Shown: positions 1 to 8,854 of the stretch, in pieces
How the letters are laid out: the number at the start of each line of letters is the position of its first letter
Numbering within the stretch: the stretch's first letter is position 1
Origin: an uncultured Candidatus Bathyarchaeia archaeon
GTDB taxonomy: Archaea > Thermoproteota > Bathyarchaeia > Bathyarchaeales > Bathyarchaeaceae
Reading direction: 5' to 3'
Assembly (NCBI GenBank): GCA_964510635.1
Contig: CAZEBS010000007.1
Coordinates: 22,386 to 86,385, forward strand
DNA: 64,000 nt
Made by a program: the position numbers and the translations under genes
Notes under the pieces: model-generated
What the model saw: only the letters and a program-made list of their open reading frames with translations
What the model was told of the DNA's origin: nothing
Database searches by the model: none

Positions 1-899
1 TTCACCAAACTTTGTGAGAAAAATAGTCCTAAACTGATTTCTAAGATGCCCTCCATGAGAATGGCGCCGCCAGTTCTAGCGCCAAAAAGGTATTGTGCGG
101 ACAACCCTCCTGCTCCGTGGCATAGGGGCATTCCGCCTATGAAGGGTGTTGTGATGTTCATTGCTCCCATGTTTTTGATAAGATTTCTTGCGGTAACGTC
201 TTTTCTTTCAGGAAACAGGTCATGAACTAAAGCCACCGTGGCTACAACCGCGTTTGTTAACGTTAGAAAAAGCTGCGCAAAACCTGCGTAAACAAAACCG
301 TAGAACATGTCATCGAGAGAGAACAGGGTAAGCTCGGGAAGTGAAAAACCCACGTTTATTTGGCTGAGGACCAAGTTTCCTGTGGCTATTGCGTAAATGA
401 AACCGAAAAGAATGAGAAATATGGCTGCGGGCAAAAACTTGTTTCTGAGAAGCAGAAACGCCACAACTATCAGCGGAATCGCTATCAGGAAATCGGGGTG
501 AATCATTTCGGCACCTGCAAGCGCCAACGTGAAAGCTAACCCAAGCTGAATGCCTCTGGTTACGCTTTTAGGAACCTTTTTCAGAATGCCGCTGAGCCTA
601 CTTGAGAATGAAAGAAGAACCCACACCAAGCCAACTGAAAAGCCTGCTCCAAGCACTGTATTTCTTGTCCATCGTTCAGCAAGGGCAACTGAGCCAATGG
701 TTTTTTGTGGTTGTACAGGCAAAGGCAGCCTGTAGATAAGTGCGAGAACAATGTTTGTGAGACCAATCCCCAAAAGAAGCCCAGTTGGATTAAACCCGCA
801 GATCACTATGTAACCAACAGTGAAAGGCAGCAACGTGCCGAAGTCCCCTAAGCTTCCAGCAAACTCTCTTACTGAAAACTCGAAGCCCTTTACCCTCAT
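1..899 (-). CDS. Polytopic membrane transporter, sulfate/molybdate-transporter-like. Only the N-terminal ~299 codons are present; the gene runs off the window start.
   Basis: My own translation of the minus strand from the ATG at 897-899 gives MRVKGFEFSVREFAGSLGDFGTLLPFTVGYIVICGFNPTGLLLGIGLTNIVLALIYRLPLPVQPQK... The FAGSLGDFGTLLP start and hydrophobic segments resemble the MOT2/SulP-related putative transporter family. It is absent from the ORF track because it has no stop codon in the window. Confidence 0.5.
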   Translation of the reverse strand, partial: MRVKGFEFSVREFAGSLGDFGTLLPFTVGYIVICGFNPTGLLLGIGLTNIVLALIYRLPLPVQPQKTIGSVALAERWTRNTVLGAGFSVGLVWVLLSFSSRLSGILKKVPKSVTRGIQLGLAFTLALAGAEMIHPDFLIAIPLIVVAFLLLRNKFLPAAIFLILFGFIYAIATGNLVLSQINVGFSLPELTLFSLDDMFYGFVYAGFAQLFLTLTNAVVATVALVHDLFPERKDVTARNLIKNMGAMNITTPFIGGMPLCHGAGGLSAQYLFGARTGGAILMEGILEISLGLFFSQSLV

Positions 900-954
900 G
901 TTTCGTCATATATATCGGGTTGTTATTTAATTATTTGCAGACTAGAAGCATAAT

Positions 955-1914
955 TTATGGTTTGTATCCGTTCAGGTTGTTTAGGGCTAGCACTGCCTCT
1001 GTTATGTCTGCTGTTGTTCCTGGACTCAGGTCATGGTCTGGGTCTCGTAGTTTGCTGTCAAGCTTCTGGAGCAGGTTTCTTCCCAGAGGCGTGGTTAAGC
1101 CCCCCTCCTTTAGAACCTGTGCTGCCTCGGCTGAGATGCTTTCCGCCTTAGCTTGACCCACTTTTCGGGAGATAAATGTGTCTGGGACTTCTGTGAGAAT
1201 CTTCAAAAACGCGTGGACAGTAGCCGTGTTAATGTCTCCTGTCTCCTCAAGCTCTTTAACGAAATATGGGTAGCCAAGATCAAAGGTGATGGGATAATTG
1301 TGAACCCACTCAGAAGCAATGGAATCGTAAGAGCTGGCAATCTCAAAAATGTCAAACAACGTGATGCCTTCATCCAGAATCTTCCTCTTTGAAGCAGGGT
1401 CATTCACATCCAGCTTCTTAGACTTGTTCAATCCTCCAGGATTAACGAGAGCTATCGCATCATAAACGTTCACTGCATCCTCTGGAGTCGTCGCTTCAAC
1501 AACTTTCTTAATGTTTTTACGGAGCCTAGGCAAAGAAAAGCTACCTCTAATCATTCCTGCCCCAGCCGCAATGGGCGCAAGCAAAATTATTGCACCCAAC
1601 AAAGTGTTGCCGCCGCCCTGACTCCCCAGCATACGGTCAACGCCATTCTTGATTACGTAACCGATTCCCACCTCAGAGACGTCTATCTCTTCATCCATCA
1701 CCTTGATTCCCTGCTCAGCTGCCCTCCGGAACGAAGGCGCTATCGCAACTGCAGACGCAAGATATTGTTCAAAGGTGGTTTCGGGAAAGTCTGCTGTTCT
1801 GTGGACGTTTCCAGGCTTCGGATATCCGCTGACTTCCAGAAGGATAGCGAGTTCTAGGCATCCGGAAATGCGTTCAGCCTTTTCTATGGATGAAATCTGA
1901 TTCATGGTTGACAA
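955..1914 (-). CDS. Triphosphoribosyl-dephospho-CoA synthase family protein (CitG-like)
   Basis: 319-aa ORF. The N-terminal LELAILLEVSGYPKPGNVHRTADF matches the CitG/MdcB family signature (E-V-x-x-x-PKPG-x-V). Long uninterrupted ORF. Confidence 0.65.
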   Translation of the reverse strand: MSTMNQISSIEKAERISGCLELAILLEVSGYPKPGNVHRTADFPETTFEQYLASAVAIAPSFRRAAEQGIKVMDEEIDVSEVGIGYVIKNGVDRMLGSQGGGNTLLGAIILLAPIAAGAGMIRGSFSLPRLRKNIKKVVEATTPEDAVNVYDAIALVNPGGLNKSKKLDVNDPASKRKILDEGITLFDIFEIASSYDSIASEWVHNYPITFDLGYPYFVKELEETGDINTATVHAFLKILTEVPDTFISRKVGQAKAESISAEAAQVLKEGGLTTPLGRNLLQKLDSKLRDPDHDLSPGTTADITEAVLALNNLNGYKP

Positions 1915-1996
1915 CCTGAAACCTTGTTCCCGTCATTTGATAAGAATGAACTATAATTACTTTGTGTAAAAAATTACATTCCAAGCCTATTCCCGT

Positions 1997-2050
1997 CATA
2001 TTTTGAGCCTAATAGCAGAATATTGTTGAAAACAATATTTTTCTGAAAAC
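1997..2050 (-). repeat. Copy A of a fixed-spacing tripartite element: TTTTCAACAAT-N6-CTATTAGG-N5-AATATG
   Basis: The minus strand reads ...ttttcagaaaaatattgTTTTCAACAATattctgCTATTAGGctcaaAATATG. It lies upstream of, and is co-oriented with, the CitG-like gene. Confidence 0.6.
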
Positions 2051-2127
2051 TCAGAGCAGCACCTCTGAATACTAACCGCTGTTCACTACTGTAGCGAACC
2101 AGAGACAAAGGCTCGGCAACAGGCAAA

Positions 2128-2577
2128 TCATAAATCAATTGAGCTGCTTATTCGGCGTTGACGATAGTTATCGTAGTCTGGAAGTTGTCTGTCATATTCC
2201 TTGTCCATCAGCGTCGAGGATACCAGAAAGTCTGCAGTGGAACGGTTACATGCCACAGGTATATTCCATACCACAGCCATGCGCAGGAGAGCCTTCACGT
2301 CTGGGTCATGGGGAAGAGACTCAAGGGGGTCCCAGAAAAAGATCAGAAAATCAATTTCGCCGTTTGCAATCTTGGCACCAATCTGCATGTCACCACCCAA
2401 AGGGCCACTCTTAAGCCTGGTCACATCCAGACCTGCCTTCTCGATAATCTTTCCTGTTGTTCCAGTTGCATAAAGTTCATGCAAACTCAAAAGATACTTG
2501 TTAAACTTCACCCACTCCAGCAAATCCTCCTTTTTGTGGTCATGGGCAACCAAAGCAATACGCTTTCTTTTTTTCAT
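2128..2577 (-). CDS. mgsA: Methylglyoxal synthase
   Basis: [19 protein letters not shown]...LYATGTTG...[27 protein letters not shown]...[26 protein letters not shown] is the MGS fold. I prefer the internal ATG at 2577 ([13 protein letters not shown]) because the track start at 2706 would overlap the upstream gene and add a non-homologous 43-aa leader. Confidence 0.75.
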   Translation of the reverse strand: MKKRKRIALVAHDHKKEDLLEWVKFNKYLLSLHELYATGTTGKIIEKAGLDVTRLKSGPLGGDMQIGAKIANGEIDFLIFFWDPLESLPHDPDVKALLRMAVVWNIPVACNRSTADFLVSSTLMDKEYDRQLPDYDNYRQRRISSSIDL

Positions 2578-2657
2578 CAAAACCTTTTCATCACTCACTT
2601 TTCTTACCTCTTTATCATCAGCACCTTCTGTTCGACGGAAAAAAATGTTTTGCAGCT

Positions 2658-4574
2658 TCAGCTCTGCCTCGTTCTGGAAGAAGCCTTCGGCTGGTAAACA
2701 CACCACGGATCAGCTGCCAAATAATCGCCCTGGGACGTTGTTGGCTCATGCAAAGCACCACAAAAGTCCATCTGGTCTGTAGTTACGCCATAGGCTCTGG
2801 CGCGGCATCCTCCACATACCTCACGGTGTTCGCATTGTCCACATTTTCCTTTCAGCTGGTCAAAGTTCCGGAGAGCCTTGAAGACCTCTGAGTTGAACCA
2901 AATATCCTTGAAGGACCTTTCCCTGATGTTCCCAAGATTAAGGGGCAGATACGGGCAAGGAGTAACCTCTCCTGAAGGATAGATGCGGCAGTAATAGAGG
3001 CCAGCCATGCAGCCTCGAACCCAACGGGACATGTCAACTCCCTGCTCCTTAGAAACACGCATAAACTGGGGGGCACAGGAAGGCTTCACATTCAGTTTGT
3101 ATTTAGTGATTTTGTTAAGTGTGCTCGAAATCATGTCTTCATACATTTGCGGTGTAATGTCTTCGATGTTGGTTCCTCTTCCAGTAGGCACCAGGAAAAA
3201 GAGGTGAAAATTGTCTACGCCCAACTCTTCTGCCAGCGCCATTATATCCTCTACTTCATCGTAGTTCTGCAGAGTCACTGTGCTGTTAACCTGAACCTCT
3301 ATCTTGCTCTTTTTGAGAGCCTTGATAGCGTCCACGGCACGTTGCCAGCAGCCTTTAACGCCACGGAACTCGTCATGCCGCTCGGGGGTACTTGAGTCTA
3401 GGCTGATTGCCACCGTTCCCATTCCAGCCTCTTCCAGTCTTCTTGTGACCTCGTCGTCGATGAGCATGCCATTGCTTCCCATGCCCATCCTTAAGCCGCG
3501 GTCTACACCATACCTGATGATTTCGTAGATGTCCTCTCTCAACAAGGGTTCGCCGCCGCTCAGTATCAACAGGGGTCTGCTAACCTCGGTAATCTGGTGG
3601 ATAAGCATCTTCGCCGCGTCCGTGCTCAATTCGTCACTCAATTCTGTTTCAGCCGCGTTGATGTAACAGTGGGCGCACTTCAGATTACACTTCAATGTAA
3701 CGTTCCATGACACAACCAACGGAACATACTTCTCGCTAGTGGGCGCAGCAGAAGTGGGAGCAATCTTGATACGGAACTCGCATTTTTCATCAGTTACCAT
3801 CCTCATGGGCTGGGTAACGGCTACTGGAAAGGGAATGAACTTTTCGAACATGGATTGGGCATGTGCCCTGCAGAAGCGTTTGCAGAACAGCTGGGATGTT
3901 TCCGTTTTTGTGCCCAGCTCCTTTTCTACGTATTTGTGGCTTCCGTGGATGGGGCAATTCAGGAATCGCATGAAGCCTCCCAGGTTCTTCATGTCCATTT
4001 TGTGTTCGATGAAATGGTCGCTAAGCATCAGTTTCTGCAGTTTTGCTTTCGGGATTCCAACCTTCAGGCTAACGTTGAAGGCGGAGTCAACTGTTTCGTC
4101 ACCAAACTTTTTCTGCACCCGCGCCATAGCTTGCTCAAGCTGCTCTACACCCAACTCGTCAGCCAACCGCTCCACAATCAAGAAACCCTTCAGTGTTTCA
4201 TACTCTTGCCGCAAACGCATCTCAACAACACGTTCAGTCCAATCAAAAAACACCCTCTGGAGCTGTTCCTTGGTTCCAGAATCCTTTCGGCTGAGCATCT
4301 CCTCAACTTCTCTGGTTCTGTCACTCAGACTCTTGAAGAGACGAATTTTTTCTTCAACCGCGGGAGCTTGCTTCGTAACGGACATAACTAAGCTGTCTTT
4401 CAGAGGCAAGATTTGACCCAAAAGCTCCTTGGCATCGGAAACGAAGTCGCTGTAAAAACGCCACAGCACTCTATCCACAGACGGAGCATCAACTTTCAGT
4501 TCTTCGAGAATAACTCTGGATTCGGCAGCCATCTTGCTAACCATCGCCATATGATACAGCAATGAGCCCTCCAT
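2658..4574 (-). CDS. Radical SAM/SPASM enzyme with a ~290-aa N-terminal extension of unknown function
   Basis: The central CNLKCAHCY motif (CxxxCxxC) is followed by [11 protein letters not shown]. The C-terminal region is Cys-rich and SPASM-like (CPYLP...[20 protein letters not shown]). The N-terminal half is helical and Cys-containing ([10 protein letters not shown]...[11 protein letters not shown]). Confidence 0.75.
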   Translation of the reverse strand: MEGSLLYHMAMVSKMAAESRVILEELKVDAPSVDRVLWRFYSDFVSDAKELLGQILPLKDSLVMSVTKQAPAVEEKIRLFKSLSDRTREVEEMLSRKDSGTKEQLQRVFFDWTERVVEMRLRQEYETLKGFLIVERLADELGVEQLEQAMARVQKKFGDETVDSAFNVSLKVGIPKAKLQKLMLSDHFIEHKMDMKNLGGFMRFLNCPIHGSHKYVEKELGTKTETSQLFCKRFCRAHAQSMFEKFIPFPVAVTQPMRMVTDEKCEFRIKIAPTSAAPTSEKYVPLVVSWNVTLKCNLKCAHCYINAAETELSDELSTDAAKMLIHQITEVSRPLLILSGGEPLLREDIYEIIRYGVDRGLRMGMGSNGMLIDDEVTRRLEEAGMGTVAISLDSSTPERHDEFRGVKGCWQRAVDAIKALKKSKIEVQVNSTVTLQNYDEVEDIMALAEELGVDNFHLFFLVPTGRGTNIEDITPQMYEDMISSTLNKITKYKLNVKPSCAPQFMRVSKEQGVDMSRWVRGCMAGLYYCRIYPSGEVTPCPYLPLNLGNIRERSFKDIWFNSEVFKALRNFDQLKGKCGQCEHREVCGGCRARAYGVTTDQMDFCGALHEPTTSQGDYLAADPWCVYQPKASSRTRQS

Positions 4575-4930
4575 GCCTGCGTCGCTGTTTCTGCCAGAGG
4601 AACCATGAAAAACGTCAGAAACCAGATTTTTTGTTGTTTCAAAGTCTCCAGAGGATATAGCTTCTATTGCTTTGTCGATTTTCTGTTTTCTCTCCTTAAG
4701 CAGAAGAGCCCACTTGTGGCAATGTGCCTCATCAAACTTCGTTAAAGCTTCCCTCTCCGCTTGCGGTTTATGGCGTTAAGGCTTTGAGAGGTTATAAGTT
4801 CTTTGTTTTCTTTTATCTCGCGTTTTCTGGAACTTGATTTGGTTGCTCACGACAAGGATGTAAAGTAGACATTACTTAAAGTAAAGTTTATATTACATTT
4901 TACGATATAGGATTTACATAAGGAGCACCA

Positions 4931-5317
4931 ATGAAAAACCAAAAGCTAACCCTGTGCCGAATAATCATCTCAATTATTCTGGCATGCGTAGTTGCTTGGT
5001 CCATCTCAGTTGGAAACTCAATACTGGTCGTAATCGCAATCCTAATAGCACTAGCTGCAACAATTTTTCTAAGACGCAAAGACGAAAGAATCCTCGTAGA
5101 TGAACGAATCCAACTAATAAACGAGAAATCGTCCATAGCGACAGTCAGAGTTTTCATCATAGCATCGACTTTGGTTGGTGCAGCCCTGTTAGCCCTTGAC
5201 AACAGCGGTTTCGCTGACCTCTCTCAGTCAGGCTTTACTCTTCTCTACGCTTCCTGCGCGTTAATGATTTTGAACATGATTTTCGGAATTTACTACCGCC
5301 GAAAATATGGGGGTTAG
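4931..5317 (+). CDS. Small membrane protein, DUF2178-like
   Basis: 128 aa with 3-4 hydrophobic segments. It sits immediately upstream of a ~70-aa XRE-type HTH gene, which is the usual DUF2178 context. Confidence 0.5.
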   Translation: MKNQKLTLCRIIISIILACVVAWSISVGNSILVVIAILIALAATIFLRRKDERILVDERIQLINEKSSIATVRVFIIASTLVGAALLALDNSGFADLSQSGFTLLYASCALMILNMIFGIYYRRKYGG

Positions 5318-5323
5318 CCACAC

Positions 5324-5542
5324 GTGGAAACCAAACTCAAGGTGTATCGTGCCATGCATAACCTGACCCAAGAAGACCTTGCGAAAGCAATTGGAGTAAC
5401 CAGACAAACGGTTATTGCAATGGAGAAAGGCAAGTATAATCCATCCTTAGAGCTTGCCTTCAAAATAGCACGATACTTCAAAGTCAAAATTGAAGACGTT
5501 TTCATCTACGAAAAACTAGACAGAGGTCACCAAATTGAATGA
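5324..5542 (+). CDS. XRE-family helix-turn-helix transcriptional regulator
   Basis: LKVYRAMHNLTQEDLAKAIGVTRQTVIAMEKGKYNPSLELAFKIARYF is a canonical Cro/C1 HTH. GTG start. Confidence 0.8.
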   Translation: METKLKVYRAMHNLTQEDLAKAIGVTRQTVIAMEKGKYNPSLELAFKIARYFKVKIEDVFIYEKLDRGHQIE

Positions 5543-6311
5543 AACACAACCAGCAGTTAAACTAGAAAATGTGAATAAAAGCTTCGGAAACATTCAAGCC
5601 GTCAAAAACTTGGACCTACAAATCGGCGCTGGAACTGTTTTCGGTTTTCTCGGACCGAATGGTTCAGGCAAATCAACGACAATGAAGATAATAATGGGGC
5701 TCTTGAAGGCAGATTCTGGAAACTTGAATGTTAATGGAATCGACGTTTCAAGGAATCCTTGGGACGTCAAGAAGATCGTGGGTTATGTTCCCGAAAGCCC
5801 CCGACTATACGAGTTTCTCACTGGACTCGAATATCTGGACTTCATAGCCGACGTCTATGGCTTAACCGCAGAAACAAAAAAGACCCGAATAGAAGAATAC
5901 CTCGACGCTTTTGACTTGGAGAACCGCGAAAACGAGATGATCAGCGGCTACTCCCACGGTATGAAACAGAAAATCGCAATAATTGCCGCTCTACTGCACA
6001 AGCCTAAACTGTTAATCCTCGATGAACCCCTAAGCGGCTTAGACCCCAAATCCGCCAGAATCGTAAAAGACCTAATTCACAGGTTAGCAAGCGAGGGCGT
6101 AACAACCATCATAAGCACGCACGTTTTAGAGATTGCAGACGCAGTTTGCGACAGGATAGCAATCATGTATCAGGGAGGCAAGCTTGCGGAAGGCAAACCC
6201 ATAGAATTACGTAAGGAAGCTGAGATGCCTGACTCGACCCTTGAAGAAATCTTTCTGAAACTAACAGGAACAAACGACATAAAAGATATTGTTGAAGCCC
6301 TCGGAAAATGA
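5535..6311 (+). CDS. ABC transporter ATP-binding protein
   Basis: Walker A GPNGSGKST, signature LSGGMKQK-like (YSHGMKQKIAI) and Walker B LLILDEP. Overlaps its neighbours by a few nt, which suggests an operon. Confidence 0.85.
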   Translation: MNETQPAVKLENVNKSFGNIQAVKNLDLQIGAGTVFGFLGPNGSGKSTTMKIIMGLLKADSGNLNVNGIDVSRNPWDVKKIVGYVPESPRLYEFLTGLEYLDFIADVYGLTAETKKTRIEEYLDAFDLENRENEMISGYSHGMKQKIAIIAALLHKPKLLILDEPLSGLDPKSARIVKDLIHRLASEGVTTIISTHVLEIADAVCDRIAIMYQGGKLAEGKPIELRKEAEMPDSTLEEIFLKLTGTNDIKDIVEALGK

Positions 6312-7948
6312 GGAATACCCCATTGAACTTTAAACTAATCCTGCAAATGGCAAAAATCTTAGCCCTCTCTTCAGTGAGAGCAAAAAGAACAGCAGGTTCT
6401 GTTCCATCAGGCTTCGCAAAATCTCCAAAAATAAACATCATCGTCTTTCTAATCGCCTTTCCAGCTGCAGCCTTTTTAGTCAGCAACTTCGTCAGCGCGT
6501 TCCTCAATGACCTGAACATAAGCCAGTTCTTTTTCCAGATCGCAATCTTTCTTCCATCTTTGATGACTTTGTTTTCAGTAATGTACGGCTTGCTCTTTGA
6601 GTTCAGTCAGTCCTCGTCGGTGGGCTCTTCAGACATCATTAATTGGCTTCCCATCAGGGCGATAGAGTTTGTTCTTGCTTCAGTGCTTTCTATGATCTAC
6701 TTTTTGGCGCCATTACTTGGGATGATTTTTGGCGCAGCCTTCGGAATCTCCCTTTACGTCAACATGCTGCCTTTAGGCTTGATCAGCATGATCTTTGGTG
6801 TCTTAGGAATGTTCTTGGGCGCTTTTTTAATTGAAATAATCCGAGCAATAACAAATCGTGTATCAGCGTCATTCTACAAGCACAGCGGCAGAACAGCTGT
6901 TACCATAAGAATGGTCGTATCCCTGCTTGTTATGGTGACCTTCATCCTTGTCACGAACGCCAATTTTCTGTTCACAATTCTTCAACAGTTCATGGGAGGA
7001 ATAGGAAACGCATGGTTCATACCCATACTCTGGCCGTCCCTAGCTGTAATGAACTACCTAACTGCAGAACACCTACAGTTGCTCATGTATACCTTAGGAA
7101 GCCTAGGACTTGCAGTAGCCTTTCTCTGGGCAAGCATAAAACTGCGGCAAAAATATTGGGTTCCTGCCCCCTTCTCCATTAAGCTGAAGCCATCCCAATC
7201 ATACACGCCAAAGCGAGGCTTTCTTGGAAGCCTAGGATTCACTTCTGCTGAAGCGGCTTTGATACGAAAGGATTTGCGGGGCTTAACTAGACGTAAAGAG
7301 ATGATTATGTGGATTGCCGTGCCCTTGGCCATAAGTTTAATCTCTCTTTTCTCTTTCTCGTCTTCATGGGAAACCGCCACAGCTACAATCGATAAACTAG
7401 CGGTGTTCTGGGGTCCTCTAATGGGCGTGTTTATGTTCGCATTTTACATGGCATTAACTGGCATAGGACAAGAAGGAAGCGCCTTTCTGAACTTACAGAT
7501 TATCCCATTGAAAGAGAAAGAAGTGGCGAAATCAAAGATTGCATTAGCACTTTTTCCGTCAGTTTGTGCTCTAGTTGCTTTAACAGCCGTAATGCAGCTA
7601 ATGCTGGCGCTTCGACCAGAAGCTCTAATCACAATAACTGTGACCCTGTTTGCAGGACTCCTCGAGTGCATTTTTGTTGGTTTGGCAGTAGGCAGCCGCT
7701 TCCCAGACTTTACTGAAGTTCCAAGGGCGCGCTTCATTGACCAGAAGGGTGTATGGTTAGGAATGGTGATTATCGCCGTGTGCATGGTCGTCACGTTCCT
7801 GCCCCCATTCCTCTACAGTTTCCACATCTTAGGAGCCTTCCATATCCTCATTGCCCCCGTTCTATCAGCAACGGCGTGCACTTTGATATGTTATGCCAGT
7901 TACAGAGCAACATTGGGCAGTTTACGGAAGCTCACGCGTCAAAGTTGA
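6308..7948 (+). CDS. Large polytopic permease partner of the ABC ATPase (ABC-2-like)
   Basis: 546 aa and highly hydrophobic, with many predicted TM segments. Its start overlaps the stop of the ATPase gene. Confidence 0.6.
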   Translation: MRNTPLNFKLILQMAKILALSSVRAKRTAGSVPSGFAKSPKINIIVFLIAFPAAAFLVSNFVSAFLNDLNISQFFFQIAIFLPSLMTLFSVMYGLLFEFSQSSSVGSSDIINWLPIRAIEFVLASVLSMIYFLAPLLGMIFGAAFGISLYVNMLPLGLISMIFGVLGMFLGAFLIEIIRAITNRVSASFYKHSGRTAVTIRMVVSLLVMVTFILVTNANFLFTILQQFMGGIGNAWFIPILWPSLAVMNYLTAEHLQLLMYTLGSLGLAVAFLWASIKLRQKYWVPAPFSIKLKPSQSYTPKRGFLGSLGFTSAEAALIRKDLRGLTRRKEMIMWIAVPLAISLISLFSFSSSWETATATIDKLAVFWGPLMGVFMFAFYMALTGIGQEGSAFLNLQIIPLKEKEVAKSKIALALFPSVCALVALTAVMQLMLALRPEALITITVTLFAGLLECIFVGLAVGSRFPDFTEVPRARFIDQKGVWLGMVIIAVCMVVTFLPPFLYSFHILGAFHILIAPVLSATACTLICYASYRATLGSLRKLTRQS

Positions 7949-8091
7949 AGAAAAAATTTCATGGCTTGTTTGGCTGATGGGGCATTTCATGGGATACAGT
8001 TATTTACTGGCTTCTACATTTAAGAGGCAATACGCCCAGAACTCTTTAAATAACTCCACAAAAATGATGTTGGGTGTAAGGCGGATTTAAA

Positions 8092-8652
8092 ATGCCGAAT
8101 CTTAGAGATTCCATCCGAATCGAAAACGTGGTATCCTCTGTTACCTTAAATCAGAAAATCGACCTAAACGCCGTTGTTAAGGGGAATCCCTTGGTTGAGT
8201 ATCGTCCAGAAAAGTTTCCGGGATTAGTTTTCAGATTGAAGAAACCTAAGACAGCAATCCTAATCTTCAGCACAGGAAAGATGGTTTGCACCGGAGCCAA
8301 GTCTGAGAAGGAATCAAAAAGAGCGGTTATGAAGGTCGTAAAGGAACTGAAGAAAAGCGGAATAGTCATAGTTGGCAAACCTGAAATCAACGTAGTGAAC
8401 ATAGTTGCCTCAGCAAACCTTCTAGGAAGAATAGAGCTAGAGGACTGCGCTTACTCCCTCGGCAAAACCATGTATGAACCCGAACAGTTCCCAGGTCTCA
8501 TATACAGAATGGACGACCCAAAAGTTGTGATTCTCCTATTTGCAAGCGGAAAACTGGTTTGCACAGGAGCAACAAAAGAAGAAGACGTTTACATCGCAGT
8601 TGATAACCTTCACAAAGACCTTGAAGAAAAAGACCTGATATACTACGACTAA
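8092..8652 (+). CDS. tbp: TATA-box binding protein
   Basis: Two direct repeats of the TBP fold: IENVVSSVTL...EYRPEKFPGLVFRL..PKTAILIFSTGKMVCTGAKS and VNIVASANL...YEPEQFPGLIYRMDDPKVVILLFASGKLVCTGA. Confidence 0.95.
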   Translation: MPNLRDSIRIENVVSSVTLNQKIDLNAVVKGNPLVEYRPEKFPGLVFRLKKPKTAILIFSTGKMVCTGAKSEKESKRAVMKVVKELKKSGIVIVGKPEINVVNIVASANLLGRIELEDCAYSLGKTMYEPEQFPGLIYRMDDPKVVILLFASGKLVCTGATKEEDVYIAVDNLHKDLEEKDLIYYD

Positions 8653-8854
8653 ATGCCATGAAGCTGCCTATGCTCATCATCTGTACTTGATGGCGATTTT
8701 TGGGTGTTTTAGAAGTTCATTATTGACGCTATCGGGCTAGAATCATCTATTATTGCCTTGTTAGCCCATTTTTGGATTAAATTACTTCTAGATAATAAAT
8801 TTCCGAAAAGTTAAATAAGACTCCTCGTAATTCACCATCCTAGCTTACTCAAAG

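Noticed and set aside
2578-2706. Upstream start (2706) for methylglyoxal synthase, and the N-terminal extensions of other genes at 25657, 48948, 62152, 58068 and 26048.
   Set aside because: These extensions overlap neighbouring genes or conserved non-coding elements and lack homology. Internal starts coincide with the onset of family-typical sequence and, where visible, with SD-like sites.
4575-4745. In-frame, stop-free 52-codon extension upstream of the radical SAM ATG (…EALTKFDEAHCHKWALLLKERKQKIDKAIEAISSGDFETTKNL…), which looks protein-like.
   Set aside because: The stretch contains no ATG, GTG or TTG. An open run of this length is not very improbable by chance at this base composition. 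I kept the ATG at 4574 and mention the extension only as a caveat.
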